Below, piece after piece: positions 1-9,074 of a stretch of DNA of 13,995 nucleotides; the stretch's first letter is position 1; every line of letters begins with the position of its first letter. Made by a program: the position numbers and the translations under genes. The notes under the pieces were generated by a model that was not told the origin of the DNA, searched no databases, and saw only the letters and a list, made by a program, of their open reading frames with translations. Origin of the DNA: Promethearchaeota archaeon (GTDB lineage: Archaea > Asgardarchaeota > Lokiarchaeia > Sigyniarchaeales > SOKP01); contig JABCSY010000105.1 in the NCBI GenBank assembly GCA_018238625.1, forward strand, positions 1-13,995, in the 5' to 3' direction.

Positions 1-314
1 TCTCCTGCTTTAAGATTCTCGAGTCTCGCATCTATTTTCCATTTTGGATATTCTCTAAGCGATTTTTTAGGACCGTATTGAAATCGAATCAAGCGCATTT
101 GCTCATCTGCCCATATCACATCAACTAATCTTGCTCCCATTTGATATGCTTTTTTCGCAATTATTCGTACCAAAGGAGCTGTTCCAAAAGATATACCATC
201 ACCGGCAACAGAAGGCCCTCCAATAAGCAAACGTTGCTTAGGTCGGAGATTTAACCCTACCTTTAATATCACTTCAGCATATTTCTCTAATTTTCGTTCA
301 AACTCGGATGACAT
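1..314 (-). CDS. Aminopeptidase, peptidase M29 family (AmpS/aminopeptidase T-like), N-terminal part; runs off the window edge
   Basis: Not in the ORF track. Manual translation from ATG at 314 is open to the edge: MSSEFERKLEKYAEVILKVGLNLRPKQRLLIGG...APLVRIIAKKAYQMGARLVDVIWADEQMRLIRF. 'LEKYAEV.LKVGLNL' and 'AY..GA..V.V.W.D' match the M29 N-terminus. Confidence 0.85.
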   Translation of the reverse strand, partial: MSSEFERKLEKYAEVILKVGLNLRPKQRLLIGGPSVAGDGISFGTAPLVRIIAKKAYQMGARLVDVIWADEQMRLIRFQYGPKKSLREYPKWKIDARLENLKAG

Positions 315-528
315 TACATTTCCACCAAATTTGTAATAATTGTTTATAGTAATTGATAATTACATTAAACTCCTTTATATAAGTTTTGCATTCTTATCAT
401 ATAAAACGGTTATTCGATTTAAACCTAATTCTAAATAATAATGGAACTAATGCTTATATGAATAAGATTTAAGATTCTTTTTGAATTTCTAAACATACTC
501 TATTAATATATAATATTAGAAGGATATC

Positions 529-1749
529 ATGAAACCGTTTTCCTTATTAATCAAACCCGCTTCGGCAGATTGTAACCTTAGATGCGAATACTGTTTTTAC
601 ATAGATCACCTAGAAAATGTAAAGAAAAAACCTCGAATGTCTGATGAGATATTGGAAATCATGATTAAAAGTTATATGGGCACTGATCAGAATAAACAAT
701 ATTCTTTTGGGTGGCAAGGTGGAGAACCTACTTTATTAGGTATAGACTTCTTTAAGAAAGTCGTAGAATTCCAACTAAAATACGCCCCACCTGGTTCTTC
801 AATAAGTAACGGACTTCAAACCAACGCTACTTTAATAACGGAGGAAATGGCTAAGTTTTTTGGGGAATACAAATTTCTTGTGGGTGTCAGTTTGGATGGA
901 CCGGAATATCTTCACGATCACTATAGAAAAACAATTAGTCAAAAACCAACCCATGCCTTAGTCATGCGCGGAATAGAGCGTCTTAAACGACACAACGTTG
1001 AATTTAATATTCTGACGTTAATTAACAACAAAACGGTAAAAAAAGCAAAAGAAATTTACCAATATCACTGCAATAACGGTTTTTATTTCCATCAATACAT
1101 TCCCTGCGTGGAGTTTGATGAGGAGGGTAATCTTAGACCTTTTTCTATTAATGGAGAAGATTGGGGTAAATTTCTCTCTGAGTTATTCGAGGAATGGATT
1201 AAAGAAGATGTGAATAGGGTTTCGATTCGTTTATTCGACTCAATTATGGAATATTTAGTTTACGGACACTATAACGTTTGTTATATGGGAAAAAGTTGCG
1301 TTCAATATTTTGTTGTTGAATACGACGGTAGCGTATATCCGTGTGATTTTTTTGTACGCGATGATCTATTATTAGGAAACATTAAAACAGATTCATGGGA
1401 AGACCTTTTATTATCTGAGAAGTATCAAAGTTTTGGAAATCAAAAATCAGATTGGAATAAAGAATGCGATTTATGCCCTTATCTTAATTTATGTCATGGA
1501 GATTGCCAAAAATTTCGCTTTGGCGCGCCTAACTTTTCAAAAGAGTTAAGCGTTCTATGCAAAGGTTGGAAGATGTTTTATTCTCGCACATTACCTCGTT
1601 TTAAAAGTATAGCAGAAAAATTTAAAGCTGAGCACCAAATTAACGCTCCAGCACCCTTTAAAACAAAAAAGATTGGAAGAAACGAGCCGTGTTCGTGTGG
1701 AAGCGGAAAAAAGTATAAATATTGTTGCGGAAAAATAAATACTAATTAA
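529..1749 (+). CDS. Anaerobic sulfatase-maturating radical SAM/SPASM enzyme (anSME, AslB/ChuR family) with C-terminal SEC-C motif
   Basis: [14 protein letters not shown] (CxxxCxxC), [24 protein letters not shown] cysteines (C..GKSC, YPCD, CDLC...CHGDC, LC) and C-terminal [18 protein letters not shown]. Confidence 0.93.
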   Translation: MKPFSLLIKPASADCNLRCEYCFYIDHLENVKKKPRMSDEILEIMIKSYMGTDQNKQYSFGWQGGEPTLLGIDFFKKVVEFQLKYAPPGSSISNGLQTNATLITEEMAKFFGEYKFLVGVSLDGPEYLHDHYRKTISQKPTHALVMRGIERLKRHNVEFNILTLINNKTVKKAKEIYQYHCNNGFYFHQYIPCVEFDEEGNLRPFSINGEDWGKFLSELFEEWIKEDVNRVSIRLFDSIMEYLVYGHYNVCYMGKSCVQYFVVEYDGSVYPCDFFVRDDLLLGNIKTDSWEDLLLSEKYQSFGNQKSDWNKECDLCPYLNLCHGDCQKFRFGAPNFSKELSVLCKGWKMFYSRTLPRFKSIAEKFKAEHQINAPAPFKTKKIGRNEPCSCGSGKKYKYCCGKINTN

Positions 1750-1770
1750 AAGATAAAATACTAAAAAAAA

Positions 1771-1956
1771 ATGGCAGATAAAGTAATAATAAATGGATTT
1801 TGCGACGAGCGATTTAAGACAGTTAAGGAAGTTTTAGCGAAAAACTTTGAAGATGGATTAGATGTCGGAGCTTCTTTTGCCGCAACGAAGTATCCAAAAA
1901 ATATCCTCTTTATTCAATATTTTTTAAATGAATCTTGCCTGCAAATTTTGGGATAA
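1771..1956 (+). pseudogene. N-terminal remnant of a beta-lactamase-like serine hydrolase (EstA/EstB type)
   Basis: INGFCDERFKTVKEVLAKNFEDGLDVGASFAAT matches the 'G.CD.RF..V...F..NF...ELGA' N-terminus of this family. Similarity stops near 1887, no SxxK catalytic motif follows, and the tail overlaps the convergent MFS 3' end. Confidence 0.7.
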
Positions 1957-3280
1957 AATAAAGAGGAATTAATGATAAAAGAATAATCATTGCGCCAAAA
2001 AGAAATATTTCTGGAGTGGGAATATAGCCAGCTTTTCCACCAATAATTGCAGGAATTCCGAAATTATGAATTATCAACGATCCAAGAGGAGCACCTAAAA
2101 CCATTGGAATTGCAACCATAAATATTATGCGTACACCTTGGAATTTTCCAATTTCACCTTTGGGATATCGATCTTGAAGCCAAGACATGAGAATAATACC
2201 CGATCCTATCTGAAAACAAAGCTGTAATGCAAAACCAACAACGAAAAGTATATTGTTATGTAAAAATGCCAATAGTAGAAGCATAATTCCAGTACCAAAT
2301 AACATTAGCTCCAGTTGGGGTTTGCGATTGAACTTATGACTAATCATTCCGATTCCGATAGATACAATGGAAGCAACTAAAATTGCAGATGCCCCGGCAA
2401 TACTAATCATCGTTTTTGAAAAACCCAAATTATATTCCATGTAGATAAACAAATAAGGGAAATAGATTTGATTTCCTATTCCTGATATAGCCATAATCAG
2501 AAATAAAAGAAAGAGAATTTTATTTTTCCGAATCGTCTGTGGTGTTAATGCATTTATAATTCCCCGCCATAATGATTCTTTCGGTTTTTGGATAGTTTCA
2601 TCCGGAAATTTAGGTTCTTTCATAATCAAACCTGCAATTAATCCAATTAGTGAAACAGTTCCTCCGAGAATAAAAAAGAAAATAAAATATCCGAAAGTAT
2701 CAATGATAATTCCAGCTAATCCTAATGCGATAAGATTTGCAAACAATGTTGAAAATGAAATAATTCCTTGAACACGCCCTCTATTGGTCGAATCACTAAT
2801 ATCTGTACTCCATGCATTAAAAGCAGCGTCATTTGCAGTTGAACCAAAGAATGTCATCACAGAATCTAATATTATCACTAACACAATTGCAAATCCCACA
2901 TTTTTTAATAGGGCTGTTTCTGGAAAAATGGCTGTAATGATTCCCCAAATAACATATCCAAATAAAATATATGGACGGCGGTGTCCCCATTTTGAACGGG
3001 TTCGATCGCTTAAACTTCCCATGACTAAAGTAGTCAAAGTCGCTGTGATAGCACTTAGAGCTATCATCCAAGCAATAGGTTCCGGATTCGGTGTTATTTC
3101 ATCAAATACAAATGTATTAAACCATGTATTCTCAACAGCCCAAGCAATTTGCCCCGAAATGGTGAGCATTAATAAGACCAAGACATTTTGAGCACCTAAT
3201 TTAGTTACTTTAATTGTTTTTTCTGTTTGTAAAGTATTATTAGGATTTAGAAATCTCTCTTCTTCGAAATTATCACTCAT
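1910..3280 (-). CDS. MFS transporter, probable sugar/glycoside (GPH/MelB-like) permease
   Basis: About 12 hydrophobic segments, motif-A-like GSLSDRTRSKWGHRRPY, and WAVENTWFN. Lies 15 nt downstream of the GH2 gene on the same strand. Confidence 0.9.
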   Translation of the reverse strand: MSDNFEEERFLNPNNTLQTEKTIKVTKLGAQNVLVLLMLTISGQIAWAVENTWFNTFVFDEITPNPEPIAWMIALSAITATLTTLVMGSLSDRTRSKWGHRRPYILFGYVIWGIITAIFPETALLKNVGFAIVLVIILDSVMTFFGSTANDAAFNAWSTDISDSTNRGRVQGIISFSTLFANLIALGLAGIIIDTFGYFIFFFILGGTVSLIGLIAGLIMKEPKFPDETIQKPKESLWRGIINALTPQTIRKNKILFLLFLIMAISGIGNQIYFPYLFIYMEYNLGFSKTMISIAGASAILVASIVSIGIGMISHKFNRKPQLELMLFGTGIMLLLLAFLHNNILFVVGFALQLCFQIGSGIILMSWLQDRYPKGEIGKFQGVRIIFMVAIPMVLGAPLGSLIIHNFGIPAIIGGKAGYIPTPEIFLFGAMIILLSLIPLYFIPKFAGKIHLKNIE

Positions 3281-3295
3281 AGTTTTTATCCTTCC

Positions 3296-5197
3296 TTAAT
3301 CTTGAAATAGCTTTTTATGTTGCATTTTAAGCCATTCTGTATCAATTTTAATTTTTTCTCTGTCATAAGTAATCAAGCCATTTACTTCTTGTTCGACATC
3401 TGTAATCTGTGTGTAAATGGCTACATTCAATCCTTTAATTATTAACGGTTTTAATTTTGTAAGAAGTGCTTTATATTGTTCTTTTAATGTTTTAATATCA
3501 GAAATATTACGATATCCCCATTTACGCCGCTTTGTTTTCCAGATATGATCTGGGATTGGTAAACCAAGACCTCCAAATTCAGTTAAACCCAATGCCCGAT
3601 CATCTTTTAATTTTGGAATATCGGGTCCAAGATATGAATGAATTGAATTTATATCACCTACATTATAATCAACCCATCCACTGGCACTATCGATTAATCT
3701 GGTAGAATCTAATCCACGAATGCATTTTGTTACCCTTTCTGTTTGGAATTGTCCCCATCCTTCATTAAAAGGCACCCATACTACAATTGACGGAAAATGA
3801 AAAAGATATTGAACCATTGAGCGTAATTCTTTAAAATAATTTGCTCTTACATCCTTTCTTTTGCGTCCAGTGCACCACGCTTTTTTAAAGCATTTTGCAA
3901 AAAATAATTGCAATAGCCCAAGCCAATTCCCGTAGACCCCACCTGAAGGCATATCTTGCCATACTAAAAGACCTAATCTATCACACTGGTAATACCAGAG
4001 TGCAGGTTCGATTTTAATATGTTTTCTTACCATATTAAAACCCATTTTCTTAATCATTTCTAAATCCCAGTACATCGCTTCATTAGTTGGGGCAGTGTAG
4101 AGACCGTCCGGCCACCATCCTTGATCTAACGGCCCATATTGAAAAATAAATTGGTTGTTCAATTCAATTCTCGGGATGCCTTGTAAATCTTTTCGTATAG
4201 CAATTTTTCTCATCCCAAAATAAGAGTAGATGTGATCTATCTCTTGATCTCCCGAAAGAAGAGCAACTTCAATATTGTAAAGATATGGCGAATTTGGAGA
4301 CCAAAGATGAAAAATTTCTTCTTTTAGATGAATTTGAGCATGGGACATTTTAGCGACAATAGGAATCTCAATTTCCATAATTATTGAGTCATTTGAAGTG
4401 TTTGAAGTGTTTGAAACTTGAGAAGCAAGTGAATCATTTTGAATATTCGCTTCAAATACTTTAATTTTTGCATGTAAATCAATATTTGACTGAAATTTAT
4501 TGAGTTTTATACTTAATTGGAGTGATTTATTATCACAATCAGAAATCGGTTTAAGTTCAGCAATAGAGATGTTTTTAACGGGTTCAAGCCATACTGTCTG
4601 CCAGATTCCGCTCATAGCATTATAAAATATCATATAAGGATGAATTTTTTGCTTTCCACGTTCTTGTTTACCTTTATCCGTTGGATCCCATACAGAAATG
4701 ACAATTTTATTTGGTTTTTCTGGATCTTGATATAAAGCTTTTGAAATATCAAAGGAAAAAGGAATATCACCGCCTTGATGTGTTCCAATATGCTGATCAT
4801 TTATCCAAACAGTTGTTTCCCAATCAACACCTCCAAAATGAAGCAAAATATTTGAGGTTTCGGGAAAATTATAATTTTTTATCCAATCTTCCGGGAGTAA
4901 AAAAGTGCGTCGATACCATATTTGTTGTTTTGGAGATAAAGATCGTTTCACTCCTGAAAGTGCTGATTCAACGGGGTAAGGAACTAAAATCTTTCCATCC
5001 CATTTTGTTATTTCCTGATTATTTTTTGAAATGTTAGTTATTACATAATCCCATTCGCCGTTAAGATTTATCCAGTTTTTCCGTTGTAATTGCGGTCTGG
5101 GGTATTCGGGCCATGGTTTTTCAGGATTTATATCATAAGCCCACCGTGTGATTAAATCACCTTCAATTGGATGCCAAGTGGATGAAAGTGAATCCAT
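3296..5197 (-). CDS. Glycoside hydrolase family 2 (beta-galactosidase/beta-glucuronidase-like)
   Basis: PEYPRPQ, NLNGEW, LLHFGGVDW, SGIWQTVWLE, GPLDQGWWPDGLYT, GFNMVRKHIK, acid/base motif WVPFNEGW, nucleophile motif TEFGG. No obvious signal peptide. Confidence 0.93.
   Translation of the reverse strand: MDSLSSTWHPIEGDLITRWAYDINPEKPWPEYPRPQLQRKNWINLNGEWDYVITNISKNNQEITKWDGKILVPYPVESALSGVKRSLSPKQQIWYRRTFLLPEDWIKNYNFPETSNILLHFGGVDWETTVWINDQHIGTHQGGDIPFSFDISKALYQDPEKPNKIVISVWDPTDKGKQERGKQKIHPYMIFYNAMSGIWQTVWLEPVKNISIAELKPISDCDNKSLQLSIKLNKFQSNIDLHAKIKVFEANIQNDSLASQVSNTSNTSNDSIIMEIEIPIVAKMSHAQIHLKEEIFHLWSPNSPYLYNIEVALLSGDQEIDHIYSYFGMRKIAIRKDLQGIPRIELNNQFIFQYGPLDQGWWPDGLYTAPTNEAMYWDLEMIKKMGFNMVRKHIKIEPALWYYQCDRLGLLVWQDMPSGGVYGNWLGLLQLFFAKCFKKAWCTGRKRKDVRANYFKELRSMVQYLFHFPSIVVWVPFNEGWGQFQTERVTKCIRGLDSTRLIDSASGWVDYNVGDINSIHSYLGPDIPKLKDDRALGLTEFGGLGLPIPDHIWKTKRRKWGYRNISDIKTLKEQYKALLTKLKPLIIKGLNVAIYTQITDVEQEVNGLITYDREKIKIDTEWLKMQHKKLFQD
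4392..4418. repeat. In-frame 9-bp tandem repeat (TTTGAAGTG x2 + TTTGAAACT) inside GH2
   Basis: Read directly from the sequence. Encodes SNTSNTSN in a low-complexity loop. Confidence 0.75.
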
Positions 5198-5343
5198 TTC
5201 AATTTAGATTAAGGAAGTAAATTTATTTAAATTTTATGTTTTAAAATTTATCATAGCACAATAGATTTATAAATATAAAAATCAAATATATTCACACCAT
5301 TGTTATTAATACAAAAAAAACTTATGTTAAGAGTAGAAATTTT

Positions 5344-7104
5344 ATGACAGTACCTAAATGGCATGTTGATGATAGTAAACCTTGGCTTAAGAAATACCAA
5401 GATGGCGTCCCAAAACATCCAGAGTTTCCCGTTATTAGTTTAGGGGACTGGTTTGATCAAAAGTGTGAAGAGTTTGGAAAGAACAAAGCTATATGGTTCG
5501 CAAAAACATTCATGAATTATCGAGTGCTGCGAAAATATACGGATTCTCTCGCTACCTCTTTATCACGGCAAGGAATAAAAAAAGGGGATGTTGTAGCAAT
5601 TTTACTTCCAAATTGTTTCCAATTTACAATCACTTATTTTGCGACCGTTAAACTAGGAGCCATAGTTATTCCGATAAATCCTACATATAAACCGCTAGAA
5701 ATTCTTCATGTACTGCAGCAAGTGAAACCTAAAGGATTGATTTGTATGGATGTAATGTATGGTTTGATTAAACCCATACAAGATAAATATAAATTTGACT
5801 TTGTGATTTCTACCTGTATTATTGATTTAGCTGCGATACCTCCAGCGGTTAAGGAGCAAATGCTAGCTGATGGGACGATTCCTTCGGGAGAAGTTCCAGG
5901 CGCTCTTAAGTTCCTTGATGTGTGCCAAAAACGCGGTGAAGTTGACATTCCGGAAGTTGAAATTGATCCATTAAATGATCCGGCAGTTTATTTAATGACT
6001 GGAGGAACAACAGGTGTTCCCAAACCTGCTATTATCACTCACTACAACTGTGTGACTAATGCTAAGCAAAATGTGATGTGGATGCCCGATGCAACACACC
6101 CAATTGCATGTATCGGTATTTTACCCATGTTCCACGCTTTTGGGATGACAATTGTTCAAAATGTCGTTATTGAAGGTGGAGATTTTAACATTCTTTTCGC
6201 AAAAAAAGAATTGGAATTAAAAGAAGTGGTAGATACTATATTAGAAGTTGGTCCTGAAGGTGGAGTTATTTTACCCGGAGTTGAAAATCTTTTCATTGGT
6301 CTAACTCGCTATTTAAAAGCGAATCCCGAGCCTAAATTGGAAAAAATGTTTCGTCTATGCGTTAGTGGTGCGGGACCGCTTCATAAACCCGTAAAGGATG
6401 CGTTTGAGGCAATTGGTGGTGGACACCTTGTTGAGGCTTATGGACTTACGGAATGTACAACTGCAGTAAGTATAGGTCCATTCAATGGAACAGACACGCC
6501 TGGTACCATTGGTTTACCATTACCTGGTGTTGAATGGGCTATATTCGATTCAGAAGATTTCAGTAAGGGACAATTAAAAGGTTACGGAATAGATTTTTCC
6601 GGAGAGATCTGTGTATGTGGTCCACAAGTAATGAAAGGTTATTTAAATAGACCTGAAGCCACAGCAGAAACCTTAAAGGAGTGGGAAGGACGAACTTGGT
6701 GTTTAACTGGAGATATTGGATACATGGACGAACAAGGACAGATGGTTATTCGAGATAGAAAGAAGCAAATGATTAAATATAAGGGTTATTCCGTTTTTCC
6801 TAAGGAAGTAGAAGACCTATTGGGATCTCACCCTGATGTAATGGAAGTAGCTGTTTCTGGGTTGCCTGATCTTGAAACGGGAGAACTAGTAAAAGCATGG
6901 GTTCAATTAGAAGACGAATCAGTGGGTAAAATTACTTCTGAAGAGTTAATTGCTTGGAGTAAAGAAAATATTACGCATTATAAGTGCCCTAAACAAATTG
7001 AAATTATAGACGAAATTCCAAAATCTATGGTTGGAAAAGTTCAAAGAAGAGAATTACAAATTAACGACCCAATCTGGAAAGAGAAATACGGAGAAACTCA
7101 ATAA
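5344..7104 (+). CDS. fadD: Long-chain fatty acid--CoA ligase (AMP-binding, FadD-like)
   Basis: MTGGTTGVPK (P-loop), AYGLTE, GEICVCGPQVMKGY, TGDIG, DRKKQMIK, PKSMVGK. Confidence 0.9.
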   Translation: MTVPKWHVDDSKPWLKKYQDGVPKHPEFPVISLGDWFDQKCEEFGKNKAIWFAKTFMNYRVLRKYTDSLATSLSRQGIKKGDVVAILLPNCFQFTITYFATVKLGAIVIPINPTYKPLEILHVLQQVKPKGLICMDVMYGLIKPIQDKYKFDFVISTCIIDLAAIPPAVKEQMLADGTIPSGEVPGALKFLDVCQKRGEVDIPEVEIDPLNDPAVYLMTGGTTGVPKPAIITHYNCVTNAKQNVMWMPDATHPIACIGILPMFHAFGMTIVQNVVIEGGDFNILFAKKELELKEVVDTILEVGPEGGVILPGVENLFIGLTRYLKANPEPKLEKMFRLCVSGAGPLHKPVKDAFEAIGGGHLVEAYGLTECTTAVSIGPFNGTDTPGTIGLPLPGVEWAIFDSEDFSKGQLKGYGIDFSGEICVCGPQVMKGYLNRPEATAETLKEWEGRTWCLTGDIGYMDEQGQMVIRDRKKQMIKYKGYSVFPKEVEDLLGSHPDVMEVAVSGLPDLETGELVKAWVQLEDESVGKITSEELIAWSKENITHYKCPKQIEIIDEIPKSMVGKVQRRELQINDPIWKEKYGETQ

Positions 7105-7110
7105 ACATTA

Positions 7111-7145
7111 TTCTTTTTTTTCATTTTTATTATTATTACTTTTTA
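7111..7145 (+). terminator. T-tract, probable archaeal-type terminator after the acyl-CoA ligase
   Basis: TTCTTTTTTTTCATTTTT begins 7 nt after the TAA, between convergent genes. Confidence 0.5.
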
Positions 7146-7151
7146 GTAAAA

Positions 7152-7595
7152 CTATTCTTTTAGCGTGTAAATAGTATCACAATGTGAATCTCCTGCCGCA
7201 ACAGTTTTAAGAACCTTAAGTTCGACCTTATCGCTAACCGCTTCGCGAAAGTACTCGTGGTCGATTGCCATAACGGCTTCGCATAACGCCTTAGATGTAT
7301 TTTCAAGACCAAAAGGGCACTTAGTACCTTGAATTTGAAATTTTTCATCTGAGACAGAAATTATCTTAACGAAATTAGGATTAAAGCTCTTTGAAAAAGC
7401 ACGTGCTACAGTTGTTAATTTATTGTCTGGTAACTTTTTCATTACTTTTAAGCCTAAAGCACGACCTTGTCTTCCACAAACGTTTTCTATAATAGGTAAT
7501 GCTTCCTTTCCGAATTTTTTATAAAATTCTTTAATCAATATACCTTGAGCTTCTATGGGATTATTTGGCAATTTTTCCGAATCTTTTTGAACCAT
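7152..7595 (-). CDS. L-2-amino-thiazoline-4-carboxylate hydrolase-like / V4R-related small protein
   Basis: Pattern 'FYKKFGKEAL...G...G', then KCPF...LCEAVMAID...KTVAAGDSHCD with three conserved Cys. The real function is unknown. Confidence 0.7.
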   Translation of the reverse strand: MVQKDSEKLPNNPIEAQGILIKEFYKKFGKEALPIIENVCGRQGRALGLKVMKKLPDNKLTTVARAFSKSFNPNFVKIISVSDEKFQIQGTKCPFGLENTSKALCEAVMAIDHEYFREAVSDKVELKVLKTVAAGDSHCDTIYTLKE

Positions 7596-7686
7596 TATCT
7601 TATCAACCTTAGCTTTATTTAATAAATCATGAAAAATAATTTATTATGTTTTATTGATTTAATTAAAACATTTTAGGTGAAATATT

Positions 7687-7824
7687 ATGAAAATTTCAAT
7701 AGACAAACCTCTAATTCTCTATTTCATCTTGGCAATAGGTATTACATGGCTTTTCTGGATTCCTACTTTAATTATATCCTCCATCAATGATTATTTTAAA
7801 AGGATGATAATAGAAGGAGAATAG
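7687..7824 (+). pseudogene. 45-aa ORF resembling the first TM helix of a CPBP (CAAX/Abi) intramembrane metalloprotease; remnant or small membrane protein
   Basis: Not in the ORF track. MKISIDKPLILYFILAIGITWLFWIPTLIISSINDYFKRMIIEGE*, preceded by SD-like AGGTGA at 7675-7680. 'PL..YF.LA..ITW.FWIP' is a typical CPBP N-terminus, but the EExxxR motif is absent. Confidence 0.55.
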
Positions 7825-7834
7825 TTAATTCTTT

Positions 7835-8461
7835 TTACTCTAAATTTATTTGTTGTATAATGTTTTTCTCTTTAATAATCTCAAAATCTTCAAAAACAGT
7901 TGGCACTTTTTGTTTTAATATATTTAAAATTTTAATTGCCATTCTCCTTATTTCCCATTGAGCCGCTAAATCCCCTCTAAGTTCAATTATATGTCTCCAT
8001 TCCCGTAAGTTTGCTGTTAATACTAATTGGCTTTCAATAGCATTTGGTAAAACAAATCGAGCATCTTCTTTTTTAATACCCAAATTTTTTAGTTCTATAT
8101 AAGCACCCCTAATCTTTTCCATCAGACCAATAAATAACGCATGAGCTTCACTATTTTTTTTAATCGAACTAGGTTCAATATAGTGAAAACTTTTTTCATC
8201 TATATATCTCTGTGATTGTTGTGTAATTGAACAAAATCTATGTCTTACTAATTGATGCGTCAACGCTCTTGATATTTCTGAAATTCTGAAAGTAGCATAA
8301 GCATGTTCTAAGACGGAAGTATGACCTCTCTTTATAAGCATTCGAACGAATCTTTTCTCGGAATCTTTTCCTTGCTTATCAAATGATAGATAAGACGTGC
8401 GTCCAGCAGATTCTATTAGTTTTTCTGCTTCTGGAGTAATAAATAATAATTCAATTTTCAT
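7835..8461 (-). CDS. thyX: FAD-dependent thymidylate synthase ThyX
   Basis: GHTSVLEH, ISRALTHQLVRHRFCSITQQSQRY (RHRx7S signature), EDARFVLP, NLREWRH, AQWEIR. Confidence 0.97.
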   Translation of the reverse strand: MKIELLFITPEAEKLIESAGRTSYLSFDKQGKDSEKRFVRMLIKRGHTSVLEHAYATFRISEISRALTHQLVRHRFCSITQQSQRYIDEKSFHYIEPSSIKKNSEAHALFIGLMEKIRGAYIELKNLGIKKEDARFVLPNAIESQLVLTANLREWRHIIELRGDLAAQWEIRRMAIKILNILKQKVPTVFEDFEIIKEKNIIQQINLE

Positions 8462-8685
8462 AATTACTTTTTAAGATATTCTTTTCCTTAATTAAATTGG
8501 GTATCTTACACTTAAAATGAATCTTATTACTATTTAAATAACTTAACTTAAAATCTTTTATTCAAATAAATGTATCATTTAGAGGAAATTTTTTTAGCTC
8601 TTCTTATAAAATAAAATCATTGTTGAGAGAAAAAGAAAAAAACAAATCCGGTAATATCAAGGTAATATTAGTATATACATATTTA

Positions 8686-8709
8686 ATCGTGAAACTCAGC
8701 TTTCACGAT
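8686..8709. repeat. Perfect 9-bp inverted repeat ATCGTGAAA-ctcagc-TTTCACGAT
   Basis: Arms at 8686-8694 and 8701-8709 in the thyX/antitoxin divergent intergenic region. Function unknown. Confidence 0.7.
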
Positions 8710-8770
8710 CAAAATAACTTTTCTTCAAGGAATTTACATGACTATTTCGATTTTTTAACAAAAAACTAAG

Positions 8771-8795
8771 CAAAAATTATAAATACTTAGTATTT
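8771..8795 (+). promoter_or_regulatory. Putative BRE/TATA promoter of the TA operon overlapped by the palindrome AAATACT-T-AGTATTT
   Basis: CAAAAA then TTATAAATA (8777-8785). A 7-1-7 palindrome spans 8781-8795. ATG at 8820. Confidence 0.55.
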
Positions 8796-8819
8796 CTTAA
8801 TTTTAATTAGTGAATTAAA

Positions 8820-9074
8820 ATGGTATTAGACAAAATTGTTAATGAAAAAGAAGTTACAATTACTAACCGTGGTATGATTACAATTCCAGCTGCGTTTAGG
8901 AAAATCTTTAATTTAAAAGACGGGGATAAAGTTTTAATAATTGAAGATGAAGGTACTCTTAAAATCATACCGATTAAAGATCCCGAAACTTTACGTTTAA
9001 ATTCTTATAATACTGAAGAAATGAAAAAAGAAATGGATAAATCTCGCAAAGAAGAATTGGAACGGGAAATATAA
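8820..9074 (+). CDS. AbrB/MazE/SpoVT-family DNA-binding antitoxin (VapB-like)
   Basis: VTITNRGMITIPAAFRKIFNLKDGDKV is the swapped-hairpin signature, followed by an acidic tail. Abuts the PIN gene (TAA-ATG). Confidence 0.92.
   Translation: MVLDKIVNEKEVTITNRGMITIPAAFRKIFNLKDGDKVLIIEDEGTLKIIPIKDPETLRLNSYNTEEMKKEMDKSRKEELEREI

Noticed and set aside
529-1956. Radical SAM/SPASM enzyme plus short downstream ORF as a RiPP maturase-precursor pair
   Set aside because: The enzyme has anSME motifs, and the short ORF resembles a serine hydrolase N-terminus rather than a precursor peptide.
2784-3191. ORFs 2784..3191 (+) and 2829..3071 (-)
   Set aside because: Antisense or alternate-frame shadows inside the MFS gene with no recognisable motifs.
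4711-5037. 108-aa ORF (+)
   Set aside because: Antisense shadow of GH2.
5706-5948. 80-aa ORF (-)
   Set aside because: Antisense shadow of the acyl-CoA ligase.
7160-7348. 62-aa ORF (-)
   Set aside because: Alternate frame within the 147-aa gene, with no motif or frameshift evidence.
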